Shown in pieces: positions 19,053-28,539 of a stretch of DNA of 32,000 bases. The notes beneath the pieces are model-generated. The model was not told where the DNA came from. It worked only from the letters and a program-made list of their open reading frames with translations, and searched no databases. Source of the DNA: Haloquadratum walsbyi C23. GTDB lineage: Archaea > Halobacteriota > Halobacteria > Halobacteriales > Haloferacaceae. Position 1 is the first letter of the stretch, and the number at the start of each line of letters is the position of its first letter. The DNA lies in the NCBI RefSeq assembly GCF_000237865.1, contig NC_017459.1, forward strand, positions 360,001-392,000. Direction: 5' to 3'. A program made the translations under genes and the position numbers.

Positions 19053-19718
19053 ATGAGCAAAGATCTTCAGATCGTTATTGTCGGTGGCGGCCGCGTCGGG
19101 TACCATACAGCACAGCGATTGAGCAACCGTGGTCATGACCTTGTCATCATTGAGCAGGACAGTGACCGCGTCCAGTTTCTGAGCGATTAGTACATCGCCT
19201 CCGTAATCCATGGAGACGGTGGTCGTCCAAGTGTACTCAGAGAGGCGCAATTGGAGCGGAGCGACGTCATTGCAGCGCTAACGAGTCACGGTGCAATGAC
19301 GAACGTCGGAATCTGTATGACCGCACAACGAATCGCCGCCGATATCAAAACAGTCGCCCGAATCGACCATGGCGAGCATGAGGAGTTCGAACAGATCGTC
19401 GATGCTGTTGTCTATCCTGAAGAACTGGCTGCTCACACGGCTGCCAACGATATTATCGATGTCAGCGGCGGTGGGGTTCGAACAATCGAGGAGGTCACAG
19501 ACCGGCTGGAGCTTATCGAGATAGAGATCGCCGAACGAGCACCAGCAGCCGGGAAGTCACTGGATGCTGTCTCCTTCCCGCAAGGAGCAGTTATCATAGC
19601 CGAGCAGCATACAGGCGCGTTCCCAGGACCAGACATGATACTTGAACCCGGCATCCAATACATCCTGGCAGTCCAACCGGATGTGACTGATGAGGTCGTT
19701 CGACTCCTCCGAGGGTAG
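19053..19718 (+). pseudogene. trkA: Trk-type K+ transport NAD-binding protein TrkA, interrupted by an in-frame TAG (19188-19190)
   Basis: Manual translation gives MSKDLQIVIVGGGRVGYHTAQRLSNRGHDLVIIEQDSDRVQFLSD*YIASVIHGDGGRPSVLREAQLERSDV... The GxGxxG Rossmann motif lies upstream of the stop. The rest (ORF 19251-19718) is in the same frame and ends in a TrkA-C/RCK_C domain. Confidence 0.8.
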
Positions 19719-19878
19719 AGGTAGCCTGCTTGCGATTCACCCACTCGTCAGACTCACTGTCGCTGCCAGCGCTGCCTCCGGCGACTCTCTCAAACCGAAT
19801 GCACGCTCTCAAATCAACTGTAAGTCGAACGAGCATGGTATCACAACGTCTTTGCCCAAATAACCGATAAATAAGATC

Positions 19879-20646
19879 GTGACCTATCGACCCGACGAGA
19901 TCGATCGGCGGATCCTCTATTATCTTGGGGCGAACGCAAGAGACACGTCCGCACCAATGATTGCCGAAGAGGTAGATGTCACCCCAGCAACAGTCCGTAA
20001 TCGTATCAGTCAGCTGGAAGAAAGTGGAATTATCCGTGGCTATCACACCGATATCAATTATGAGCAGTCAAACGGAAAGGTAACCACACAATTCACCTGC
20101 ACCGCTCCCGTCGGAAAGCGATCGACGTTTGCCGACAAAGCAGCAGCAACCCCAGGAATCATTCATGTGCGGGAACTCCTCGCTGGACAGGATAATCTTG
20201 TAATCACCGCTGTCGGCGAGGATACAAATGATATCAATCGTATCGCTCACCAGTTATCGGCTGCCGGATTGAGTATCCAGCGTGAGGATATCGTTATTGA
20301 TGAGACATTTCAACCGTATCATCGATTCGCTCCTGAGGAGGATCGTGCTCCATCTGCGGTTACTGATTTCCAAGCTGTCGCAGGTGGCGGTGAGCTTGTT
20401 GAATTCACCGTTTCAGAAACCGCTGGTATTGCTGGAATGACCCTTGCAGACGCTCACCGCGAAGGACTACTACCAGAGAAAGTCCTCGTCGTGGGGATTG
20501 AGCGTGATGGATCTCATATCACGCCGAATAGTGATGCAGAGATTGAGCCGGGGGACCTAGTCTCAGTGTTTTCACCTGAGGCGCTTCCGGAACAACTTGT
20601 CACTGCTTTCGACAGCGATACACGATCCGCTTCCGAGCAGGTCTAA
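19879..20646 (+). CDS. Lrp/AsnC-family transcription regulator fused to a TrkA-C (RCK_C) domain
   Basis: N-terminal HTH DRRILYYLGANARDTSAPMIAEEVDVTPATVRNRISQLEESGII. C-terminal LVEFTVSE...GMTLADA...GIERDG...IEPGDLVSVF is the RCK_C pattern. Confidence 0.85.
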   Translation: MTYRPDEIDRRILYYLGANARDTSAPMIAEEVDVTPATVRNRISQLEESGIIRGYHTDINYEQSNGKVTTQFTCTAPVGKRSTFADKAAATPGIIHVRELLAGQDNLVITAVGEDTNDINRIAHQLSAAGLSIQREDIVIDETFQPYHRFAPEEDRAPSAVTDFQAVAGGGELVEFTVSETAGIAGMTLADAHREGLLPEKVLVVGIERDGSHITPNSDAEIEPGDLVSVFSPEALPEQLVTAFDSDTRSASEQV

Positions 20647-20663
20647 AGGAAACAGCGAGAGTT

Positions 20664-20690
20664 CCACGGGTCACCTCATCTGACCCGTGG
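20664..20690. repeat. left-end subterminal hairpin of the IS
   Basis: ccacgggtca-cctcatc-tgacccgtgg forms a perfect 10-bp stem. Confidence 0.75.
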
Positions 20691-20720
20691 GTGAATCGCG
20701 TACACTCGCCTAATGGTCCG

Positions 20721-20744
20721 TCTCCTTCTCCTTCTCCTTCTCCT
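20721..20744. repeat. (TCTCCT)x4 hexanucleotide repeat (encodes EKEKEKE at the tnpA C-terminus)
   Basis: Read directly. Confidence 0.9.
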
Positions 20745-20963
20745 CGATGTATCGACGAACCACGTCCTCGGAAACTCCACCTGTCGTCCCGACATCGTAG
20801 CCATCCTTCCACAGGCCACTTCCGCAAAAATACCGCTGTTTGATTTCCGGGTGACCTTTCAGAATCGTTCTGCCCGAGTAGCCTGTGAACTGCTTGGCAA
20901 TCTCGGCAGGACTCCATTTCGAGTCAGCCTCCACGAACAACTGAACGTGGTCAGGAGCAATCT

Positions 20964-20991
20964 CCACTTCCACTTCCACTTCCACTTCCAC
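20964..20991. repeat. (CCACTT)x4.6 hexanucleotide repeat (encodes VEVEVEVE inside tnpA)
   Basis: Read directly. It interrupts the conserved EIVE-IAPDHVQL segment. Confidence 0.9.
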
Positions 20992-21543
20992 AATCTCGTG
21001 ACCGAACCGTTCAGCAGTCCCTTCGAACAACTCCGCAAGTTCGTCTCGAACTCACTCCAGCATCCCCTGGCGGTACTTCCGACACCACACGAAGTGATAC
21101 TTACACAAACTAATCGAATCTGCATGACTTCTGTACTCTTCTATTCTAATCTTTACTTTTATTATCACTTAATTCAATAATTAAATTATGGGTATTGAAG
21201 AAGTCACGAAGACCGCACGTACCCGACTCTGCATAGAGTCTGGTGAGCGGTCGTGGCTCAAAGATGCCCGTTACACCGCACGAGACATCGCCAACGATAC
21301 ACTCCAACTCAAACAACAAGGCTACAACAAAACCGAGATTCAACGCGAGGTTGACCGTGATGGATTTCTTCGGAACAACAAGTGTGCAGTCGTCAGGAAA
21401 GCCCTGCAAGCGTGGGACTCTTACAAAAGACTCCTCGAGTGGTGGGACGACCAAGACGATACCCACGTCGGGAAACCGTCGCCACCAGCCACAGACAAGA
21501 AAGGAGCATACCCGCTCGTCATGGCACACACCGAAGGCTATTG

Positions 21544-21622
21544 ATACTGTTGGCTATAACTACGTGGAGATTTCCGACACCCCGGGTGCCGAAATCCTTC
21601 GCGTGACTATAGCCAACAGTAT
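21544..21622. repeat. 79-bp near-perfect palindrome with 15-bp perfect terminal arms, inside tnpB
   Basis: atactgttggctata (21544-21558) is the exact reverse complement of tatagccaacagtat (21608-21622). The interior gatttccgacaccccgggtgccgaaatc is itself palindromic around CCCGGG. Confidence 0.9.
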
Positions 21623-21626
21623 GACT

Positions 21627-21764
<138 letters not shown>

Positions 21765-22599
21765 CGACCGCGTTCAGTTCCGTGTGAGTCCGAAACCATA
21801 CAAGAAGGTGAAAGGACATCTTCGAGGACGACCGGAAGACCTCAACTTCATAGAGTCCGCCTTAACAAAAGATGAGTGGTCGTTGGGACAGGCCGAACTT
21901 CTGTACCGAGATGGGGTGTACTACCTACACGTCACGGTTAAAACAGAGGTAGAAGTGCCTGAATCCGAAGACGCTGACACACTTGTCGGCGTCGATATTA
22001 ACGAGCGCAACATCGCTCTCACCGCTGTTAATCGCGAGACGATGGATACGGATACGCTCGGAACACTCGTGCTGGACTACGGCTCTGTGAAAGCCGAACG
22101 CCAACGCTACCACACCATCACGAAACGCTGTCAAGAACACGGTCAACACTCCATCCACAATCAACTCGGTGTGAAAGAAGAGCGCTACACCGAGTGGATT
22201 CTTCACCGAATGTCCCGAGTCGTGGTGGAGTTCGCCCAACAGTTTTTGAACCCAGTCATCGTGTTCGAGGACCTGAGCGAGATTCGAGACGCCATCAACT
22301 ACGGCACGTAGATGAACCGTCGGTCGCACAAACTGCCGTTCCACAAGTTCGAGCAACAGGTTCGCTACAAAGCGACATGGAACCAGATTCCGTGTGAGAT
22401 AGTTGAGTCGCCGTACAATTCGAAGTCGTGCTCGAGTTGTGGTTCGAGTCATCGGGGATATCGTCAGGGTCGGCGGTTCCGGTGTAGGAATGATTCGTGT
22501 GAGGTTCAGCAAGACCATGCTGATCGGAACGCAAGTGTAAACGTGGCGTGGAGAGCGTGGGCGTGGGCGAAACATGCTGGCGTAGATGTTGACTCGGGT

Positions 22600-22785
22600 A
22601 ATTACCGGACTCGCAAAACCCAACCGTTTGTTCGGAAGGTGAGCCTGTCTGGGTCGGGGCGTTCTGTAAACCGCCCATCCTCATCCCGTGAAATCGCTTC
22701 GCGTGGAGTGCTTACGACGTAGGCTGAGGGAATGAGAAAAGCCAGGGGTCACCCGACCCGTGGTCGTTTACGCTGATACTCTGAG
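22600..22785 (+). ncRNA. predicted TnpB-associated omega/reRNA scaffold (position inferred, not demonstrated)
   Basis: In characterised IS200/IS605 TnpB systems the guide RNA overlaps the tnpB 3' end and the right-end hairpin. Here that hairpin is at 22742-22763. No transcript evidence. Confidence 0.25.
22742..22763. repeat. right-end subterminal hairpin of the IS
   Basis: ccaggggtc-accc-gacccgtgg. The arm sequence is nearly identical to the left-end hairpin (one mismatch). Confidence 0.7.
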
Positions 22786-23388
22786 AAATGTGATCCGCTC
22801 CAGGTTTCGGGGTGACTCGATTCAATCCAACTTAGCTCACCTCTACTGCAGTCAACTGTGAGTTCTAACGAATATGACTCAAAGAGTATTGTCCTTGCAA
22901 TATACAATTTGATACATGAACATATACACGGATTTACACGCTGACACTCTATCAGCTAGACCGTCATCAGACCGAAAGCCTCGGAAACAGGCTCAATCCG
23001 GTATCCAAACATACGTGTATCACGGTAATGGGATTTCGGATTCAATATAAACGATGACTGTCTCTCCCAGACGAGTGTCATACTGGAGAGAAGCCCCACT
23101 CCGGCAGAAAATTATCCATGTAGGGTCCGCTGACTGTTCGCATACTAATAAAACGTCAATCAACACTCATCAGTATCCTGTTTGCTGTCGTAGACTGAAT
23201 TGTCAGTAATGACGAATTGAGGAATATTTCGAATAAAACCGAGAATTGATCCGTCCATATCAAATAAAATACTTTTAAATGGGACGCATGTCTCCGATCG
23301 TCAGAGGGTTGTCACTACTCCGTAATGGGTATTGCTCTCGTTTTCGCTACAGTTTATATCAATGAAATTCGCATCGCCAATCAACACC

Positions 23389-23829
23389 TCAGCAGGGGAC
23401 AGTCTCGACAAGATGCTCACCACGGTCAGTTTGCGGGACGATCGATGGGAGCGCAACCGAGTCATTGTCATCTTCGTTCTCGTTAACTGCGACCATCGTG
23501 AAACAGGCTGATGTCGCTGGCATGGCTTCTGTATCGCGCGGATTACGACTCTCGACGGTGACTCGAACTCCAAGACTTCTGTTGCCGGTCTCATACACAT
23601 ATGCCGACAGTTTCGCAACGTCACCGACGGGGATTGGATGCTGGAAGTCAACGCTCCCAATGTGAGCTGTGACGCAAGTTGTCCCCGCGATAGTCATCGC
23701 CGCAATTGCTGCTAATTCGTCCATTAACCGAACCGTCTCTCCACCATGTATATTTCCATCGTTGTTCGCTTGGTCCGGCTGGATCCGTTCTGTCGATTCT
23801 ACGTATGAATCAAGCACTGAAACTGCCAC
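23389..23829 (-). CDS. acyl-CoA thioesterase (hotdog fold)
   Basis: NIHGGETVRLMDELAAIAAM...CVTAHIGSVDFQHPIPVGD...VTVESRNP...FTMVAV matches the acyl-CoA hydrolase hotdog pattern. Confidence 0.8.
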   Translation of the reverse strand: MAVSVLDSYVESTERIQPDQANNDGNIHGGETVRLMDELAAIAAMTIAGTTCVTAHIGSVDFQHPIPVGDVAKLSAYVYETGNRSLGVRVTVESRNPRDTEAMPATSACFTMVAVNENEDDNDSVALPSIVPQTDRGEHLVETVPC

Positions 23830-24499
23830 ATATTATCAAGCGGGTTGGAAGTAATGAATTCAGGGATGATGTTACCTAATACGGACACTACTGGTAAATA
23901 CAGTCCACTCAACCGATTTGTATCACGATTCAGAAACTTTCTCGTAGTGCTGGTTCCAGGTGGGACGTACTCGCTAAATGCGACAGTTGCCCTGTCGTCG
24001 CCCACAACCTCCCCGGCATGAGCTGACTCGCTCGCAGATCAAAACCTGATGACGACTTGTGACAGTGGATCGATACCCATACCGGAAGTCGGAATCGTGT
24101 CCAATTGATTACTACTGTCTATCCGAGTGACGCGCTCGATGTCACCATCACCCGGTATGACCCGAAATCGACCACCATTCTACTCTGTAATGTGGTCGAT
24201 AACGACGATGTCAAAATATTAGATGCTGACTTTGGACTGAAATATAATCTGGGTTTGATTACTCACTTCGACATGAATGGTATCTCGACAGTTCATGCTG
24301 TTATCGAATGAGGACATATCACTGGATGGTGCTCAAATATGGATACGTTAGATGGACCCAAACTCTCGGATACTTATTTCACCTATCTGCCGGTGAATTA
24401 TGATAAGATTGCTCGTGTGAGTATGGGAGATGCAAGGCTAAAATTTCATTCTTCAGGGCGGGGAGGATATCAACTAATGCAGATACAGCATACAATATC

Positions 24500-25138
24500 C
24501 TACGCCTCATAATCGCCTCTCACGAGACAATAATTTGTTATGTCTAGTGTCTTTACCCCGCCCATTTCTTTCATTTCGGTCTTATGATCAATCATAAGAA
24601 CTGTCTCATTATCTGTGGGACTATTATCATCTATCCGTTTTACTTTGAGTATCTGTTCATTTCCGCACTTTGGGCATGAGTCCATCTGACTCACCCGAGG
24701 ATGATTATCACTACGTGTGACATGTGCTGTGAGGGCATCTTTCGTCTCAAATCCATCACCGCACACATTGCAGATATATGTGCTTGCGATATTATCTGAA
24801 TCGGACTTGACAGTATCATTCATCTTAATTTCCTCCATATTGGTATGTCTGTCCGCTGAATCGGCGCTGTAAATCACCGTTCCGTGAATAGCAGTGCCAC
24901 TGTCTCCTTTCGGCACTTTCACACGCTGGTTGGTCTCGGTCAAGATACCATATTGGACCATTGTTTTCAATACATCATGCACTGTCCGGGTTGACGCATC
25001 AACGGCATTGTCCACCTCACGTTTGGTGAATCCATCGATGGTTTCCCCACGCAACGGTTTAACAACGCGCTCAATATCACCATTTTTGAATTGATGGACT
25101 GTTTTCCATACGCGGTCTCGCATCGTGTCTTTACCCAT
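24500..25138 (-). CDS. winged-helix DNA-binding protein with C-terminal C2H2-type zinc finger / Cys pair
   Basis: N-terminus MGKDTMRDRVW...GFTKREVDNAVDASTRTVHDVLKTMVQY is paralogous to 7785-8417, with a roughly 20-aa insertion. C-terminus has YICNVCGDGFETKDALTAHVTRSDNH plus CPKCG. Confidence 0.65.
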   Translation of the reverse strand: MGKDTMRDRVWKTVHQFKNGDIERVVKPLRGETIDGFTKREVDNAVDASTRTVHDVLKTMVQYGILTETNQRVKVPKGDSGTAIHGTVIYSADSADRHTNMEEIKMNDTVKSDSDNIASTYICNVCGDGFETKDALTAHVTRSDNHPRVSQMDSCPKCGNEQILKVKRIDDNSPTDNETVLMIDHKTEMKEMGGVKTLDITNYCLVRGDYEA

Positions 25139-25857
25139 GTAAAATACACAGTAGGTCAGCTGACTTCAGGTCTATGCAAGATACATAGTGAGTCGGACAA
25201 CGCGAACGAACTCTCCCACAGATTCGGAATTTCATCGGACATCGAGGCGGATACTCCGAGGCTCGACCCCGGAGAGGAAGCTGACGGTCAACTGAGTTGC
25301 AACATATCTATTACTAATAATCCCCCATAATTCGGTAGTGACTGGCGGTCACGAGTGTTGTCAGTAATGGGCTGCCAGTCAACCAGCCCCAAAGTCGGGG
25401 TCGCTGACTCGTGAACGCCTGCAACTCGATAGAGACTAATATCCAGCCTCACTCGGATATGACGCGACGAGACTACCGATAAGCCTCGGGGCTTGACACC
25501 GAGGTCGTTGACATGCAATCCATCTACAGTTCTTACAGCGCTTAGTAGATACGCGTCATCAGTCGAATGTTTCTCCGAAGCCCTTGGTATACTAGGACAC
25601 GATAGACCACGCGCTGGTCCGACGGAAATTCACATCGAGTATCACACTATACGCGTCGTGAATGACGTCATGCGCATCTCGGTCGACCGATTCCACGTCG
25701 AGGACCACGACTATCATGAACGACCTCTGGGCTGAGGAGATATTTGCCCGCCTATATACCCATCGACTTGGGGTACAAAGCTATCGCTGGCATGACAATC
25801 TGATGCGGCATCATCTCTCTAGCTACGCTGGTATTTGACTTCAATAAGGTCGAGGTA

Positions 25858-26718
25858 TCAGGAATGTATTCGAAACTCGACTTCGTCCGTGTTCAAAAAG
25901 TATTCGCGTGCAACTGCTGAGGTCTCTCCTGATTTGACCGTTTGCTCAGAGACTGTTCGTCCAGTTACTGAGACGAGTAATGGGTCGGTTTGAAACGGGT
26001 AGGGAACAATTCGATATGTGTTCGCCGTTTCTGAGTGGATTGAAATGGTGATATCAGTGCTCGTTGAGACCGGAACATTCTCGATTGATGTCTCTCCTGT
26101 TGGATTGGTCGTTGCACACAGTATGTGGGATAGTGTATCCCATATTTGGAGTAATTTATAATTACACCAGAGTTGTCCCTCATATTGTTCTGGATTATGA
26201 GCGTCCTCCTGAAGTTGTTTGAGCGTTGTTCTATCCTTGGAGCTCATGTTAAAACCGTCTTGCTCTGATATCTGCTCCATCAACTGGCGTTGACGCTTCT
26301 GTTCTCTTTGAATAAATCCATCAAATTCTGAACGTGGATTACTCCATTCCGGGGTAAGCCCATATCGTCTATTCTGTAATCCGACCCCATGTAATGACAC
26401 CACTAACCCTGCATAGGGATCGATAGCGGCAATTGCATCTATCCCTTGCTCATACATATCAATCCACGTTTGTGGTGATAGCTCATGAAAATTGACTGGC
26501 GTGGGATTCCCTGTTTTCTTATCACTTTTGAGACGTGGTTGCTGATCGAACTCCTGCCATCCAATATCATGCAGAAATGCCGCTGTAACTAGTGAGCCCT
26601 TTGGATCTAATGACTCAAAGTCATCATTACCCCAACGCATGGCGCATCTCCCCGCTATTTTGCTGTGTTCATGTTGGGTAATAAACCGGTACCCGCTGGA
26701 TGACTCTGTAATAATCAT
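25858..26718 (-). CDS. DUF3891-like protein (family assignment from memory)
   Basis: 286 aa. ITQHEHSKIAGRCAMRWGN...AAFLHDIGWQEFD resembles the conserved N-terminal H...HD.GW pattern of DUF3891. Confidence 0.55.
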   Translation of the reverse strand: MIITESSSGYRFITQHEHSKIAGRCAMRWGNDDFESLDPKGSLVTAAFLHDIGWQEFDQQPRLKSDKKTGNPTPVNFHELSPQTWIDMYEQGIDAIAAIDPYAGLVVSLHGVGLQNRRYGLTPEWSNPRSEFDGFIQREQKRQRQLMEQISEQDGFNMSSKDRTTLKQLQEDAHNPEQYEGQLWCNYKLLQIWDTLSHILCATTNPTGETSIENVPVSTSTDITISIHSETANTYRIVPYPFQTDPLLVSVTGRTVSEQTVKSGETSAVAREYFLNTDEVEFRIHS

Positions 26719-27349
26719 ATATGGATGTAAATAATATACTCTGTATCAATCCTATACACTCTGTGGGTTTCACTTTGCTATTCTCTCAATATTCCTGAAT
26801 GTTTACTGCATTGTTCACAATCTGGTTCATCGTTATATTTACATAGCTCATGCATGCACAAACCCAATTTACCTGAATTGAGGCGCTAAGGCTTTTTGCT
26901 TAAGCGCGAGCGGCCGGGCGAGCGGTAGGGTGAAGTAGTTTACACGATTGAATTCACGTCTTTCTCCAGACATGAACACGGCTTGTGTGTATATGATAGT
27001 CGGTCGTTTCACAGTCAGCATCGGATTAAGATAGTTAATTCATGTTTGAGGGTTTCTGATGAGTCTAATATATTAGCAGTGGTTAATTGATGATATGGTG
27101 GAACTTCACCCTCTGCTACATCCACATCAAGTCTCTCTACACCCCTCATCCGTCTGTATGCGTAGACGTTTCGAGTCATAGGCAAAACTCCCTGTCAGTG
27201 GAGCATTTTGCTTGGTATGATTGCGCAATACTTGTCATCTCTTCTCTGAGAGAGAGAAAAAGAACTGTCAATAATATGTGATTCAAAGGTGAACATTGGC
27301 AATGTGAAAACGTTTATCAGATGAACATGGTTACTGCTAGTTGAATACG

Positions 27350-27613
27350 ATGACTGTCAAGTTACTTGATTTCTATGCTGACTGGTGTGGTCCATGTAAA
27401 ACGCAGGATCCAATTCTTGATGAACTTGAATCCGATTACAATGAAGTTGCATTCGAAAAAATAGACGTTGATAGTAAACAAGATATTGCGAATCAATATG
27501 AGGTTCGTTCACTCCCAACAGTTGTGATAGAGAATGATGACGGGGTTGTTGACCGATTTATTGGGGTTACTCAACGTGAAGACATTGAGACGGCAATCCA
27601 GCAAGCACTCTGA
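27350..27613 (+). CDS. trxA: thioredoxin
   Basis: MTVKLLDFYADWCGPCKTQ contains the WCGPC active site; 87 aa; the later SLPTVV is the cis-Pro loop. Confidence 0.85.
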   Translation: MTVKLLDFYADWCGPCKTQDPILDELESDYNEVAFEKIDVDSKQDIANQYEVRSLPTVVIENDDGVVDRFIGVTQREDIETAIQQAL

Positions 27614-27956
27614 GAGTGAGTACCTTTCTATCAGTTGATGATTATTGTTTGTCCCATCTTCATAGACGTGATTATCACACCTTCGTTACTATACCAGTAA
27701 GCGAACTCTGAATGATAGTCACTTCATTCAATATCAGTATATAATACAGCCCTTACAGGCTGACTCAACGTTGCCCTCCACGAGGGTCAAATTACCAACT
27801 CAGTGAGTGGGTGTTATGGGACAGTTTACGTTCACATTTATAAGAAATTTTCATTAGTATGATCAGTGACACAGTTGCACACGTTCGACAATCACAGAGA
27901 CGCAGCGAAAATAAAACGGGATACCTCGCAACTGTTATACACATGTATAGGATATC

Positions 27957-28112
27957 ATGGGTATGGCAAGGAATGAAGCTGCAATAAAACGAACGCTCGA
28001 AAAGCAAATTTGTATGCGCTGTAATGCACGGAATCCACAACGTGCGAGTGAATGTCGTAAATGTGGGTATAGCAATCTCCGTCCAAAGTCAAAAGAACGA
28101 AGAGCTGCGTAA
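27957..28112 (+). CDS. rpl40e: 50S ribosomal protein L40e (51 aa, below the ORF-track cutoff)
   Basis: Manual translation gives [51 protein letters not shown], with the CxxC...CxxC zinc ribbon typical of L40e. Confidence 0.85.
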   Translation: MGMARNEAAIKRTLEKQICMRCNARNPQRASECRKCGYSNLRPKSKERRAA

Positions 28113-28188
28113 GCGCCCTAATGATATCGATGTAAGTCTAGATAATATCAATAGCCTAAATTTATTAGACGCTGTGAATTACTCACTC

Positions 28189-28298
28189 ATAGTGATTAGT
28201 GCGAGTCTTTACCGCCGTGATTATTCGTGTCGGTGATAGGAGACGCTGAACCCGCGTTATTCGACACCGCCGGTGAAACTATTCGAACTAATCACTAT
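28189..28298. mobile_element. 110-bp MITE, copy 1
   Basis: Perfect 12-bp terminal inverted repeats ATAGTGATTAGT...ACTAATCACTAT that extend imperfectly inward. 103/110 nt are identical to copy 2, and the flanks are unrelated. Confidence 0.8.
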
Positions 28299-28539
28299 CA
28301 CTACCTCCAGACTACTCACTGTGAGAAATATCACTTATTCGCTCTTTCCAAAGTAAATTGTCGGTCGGGCAGATCTTGCGCTACGAGAGCGTGGCAGGTA
28401 AGGGTAACACGGACGCGTCACCTGAATGTAATGTTCCCATTTGAATTGCTGAGTTCGGAGGCGAGCGCCGCGAAGCCGCTGTAGCAGGCTTGCTGGCGTG
28501 AGGGACTTTGTTGCCCGCGCTACCAGTCTGGGTCAGTGA

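Larger units (their letters stand above)
20710..21168 (-). pseudogene. tnpA: IS200-type Y1 transposase TnpA, inactivated
   Basis: Manual translation gives ..IEEYRSHADSISLCKYHFVWCRKYRQGMLE*VRDELAELFEGTAERFGHEIVEVEVEVEVEIAPDHVQLFVEA...FTGYSGR...GLWKDGYDVGTTG. The HxH-type (YHFVW) and Y motifs are present. There is an in-frame TGA at 21052-21054. No ATG is present at the expected start; ATA occurs where ATG is expected near 21144. Confidence 0.75.

Noticed and set aside
26870-26945. GC-rich patch (gcgctaaggctttttgcttaagcgc, then gcgagcggccgg gcgagcggtagg) as a possible tRNA or small RNA gene.
   Set aside because: There is no cloverleaf and no T-loop GTTCRANNC motif. Only a short near-palindrome and a 2x tandem are present, which is insufficient evidence.
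28227-28484. 85-aa ORF starting inside MITE copy 1; likewise the N-terminus of ORF 31342-31590 runs into MITE copy 2.
   Set aside because: The reading frames run through the mobile element by chance. The 31342-31518 part is the genuine C-terminus of the split oxidoreductase.
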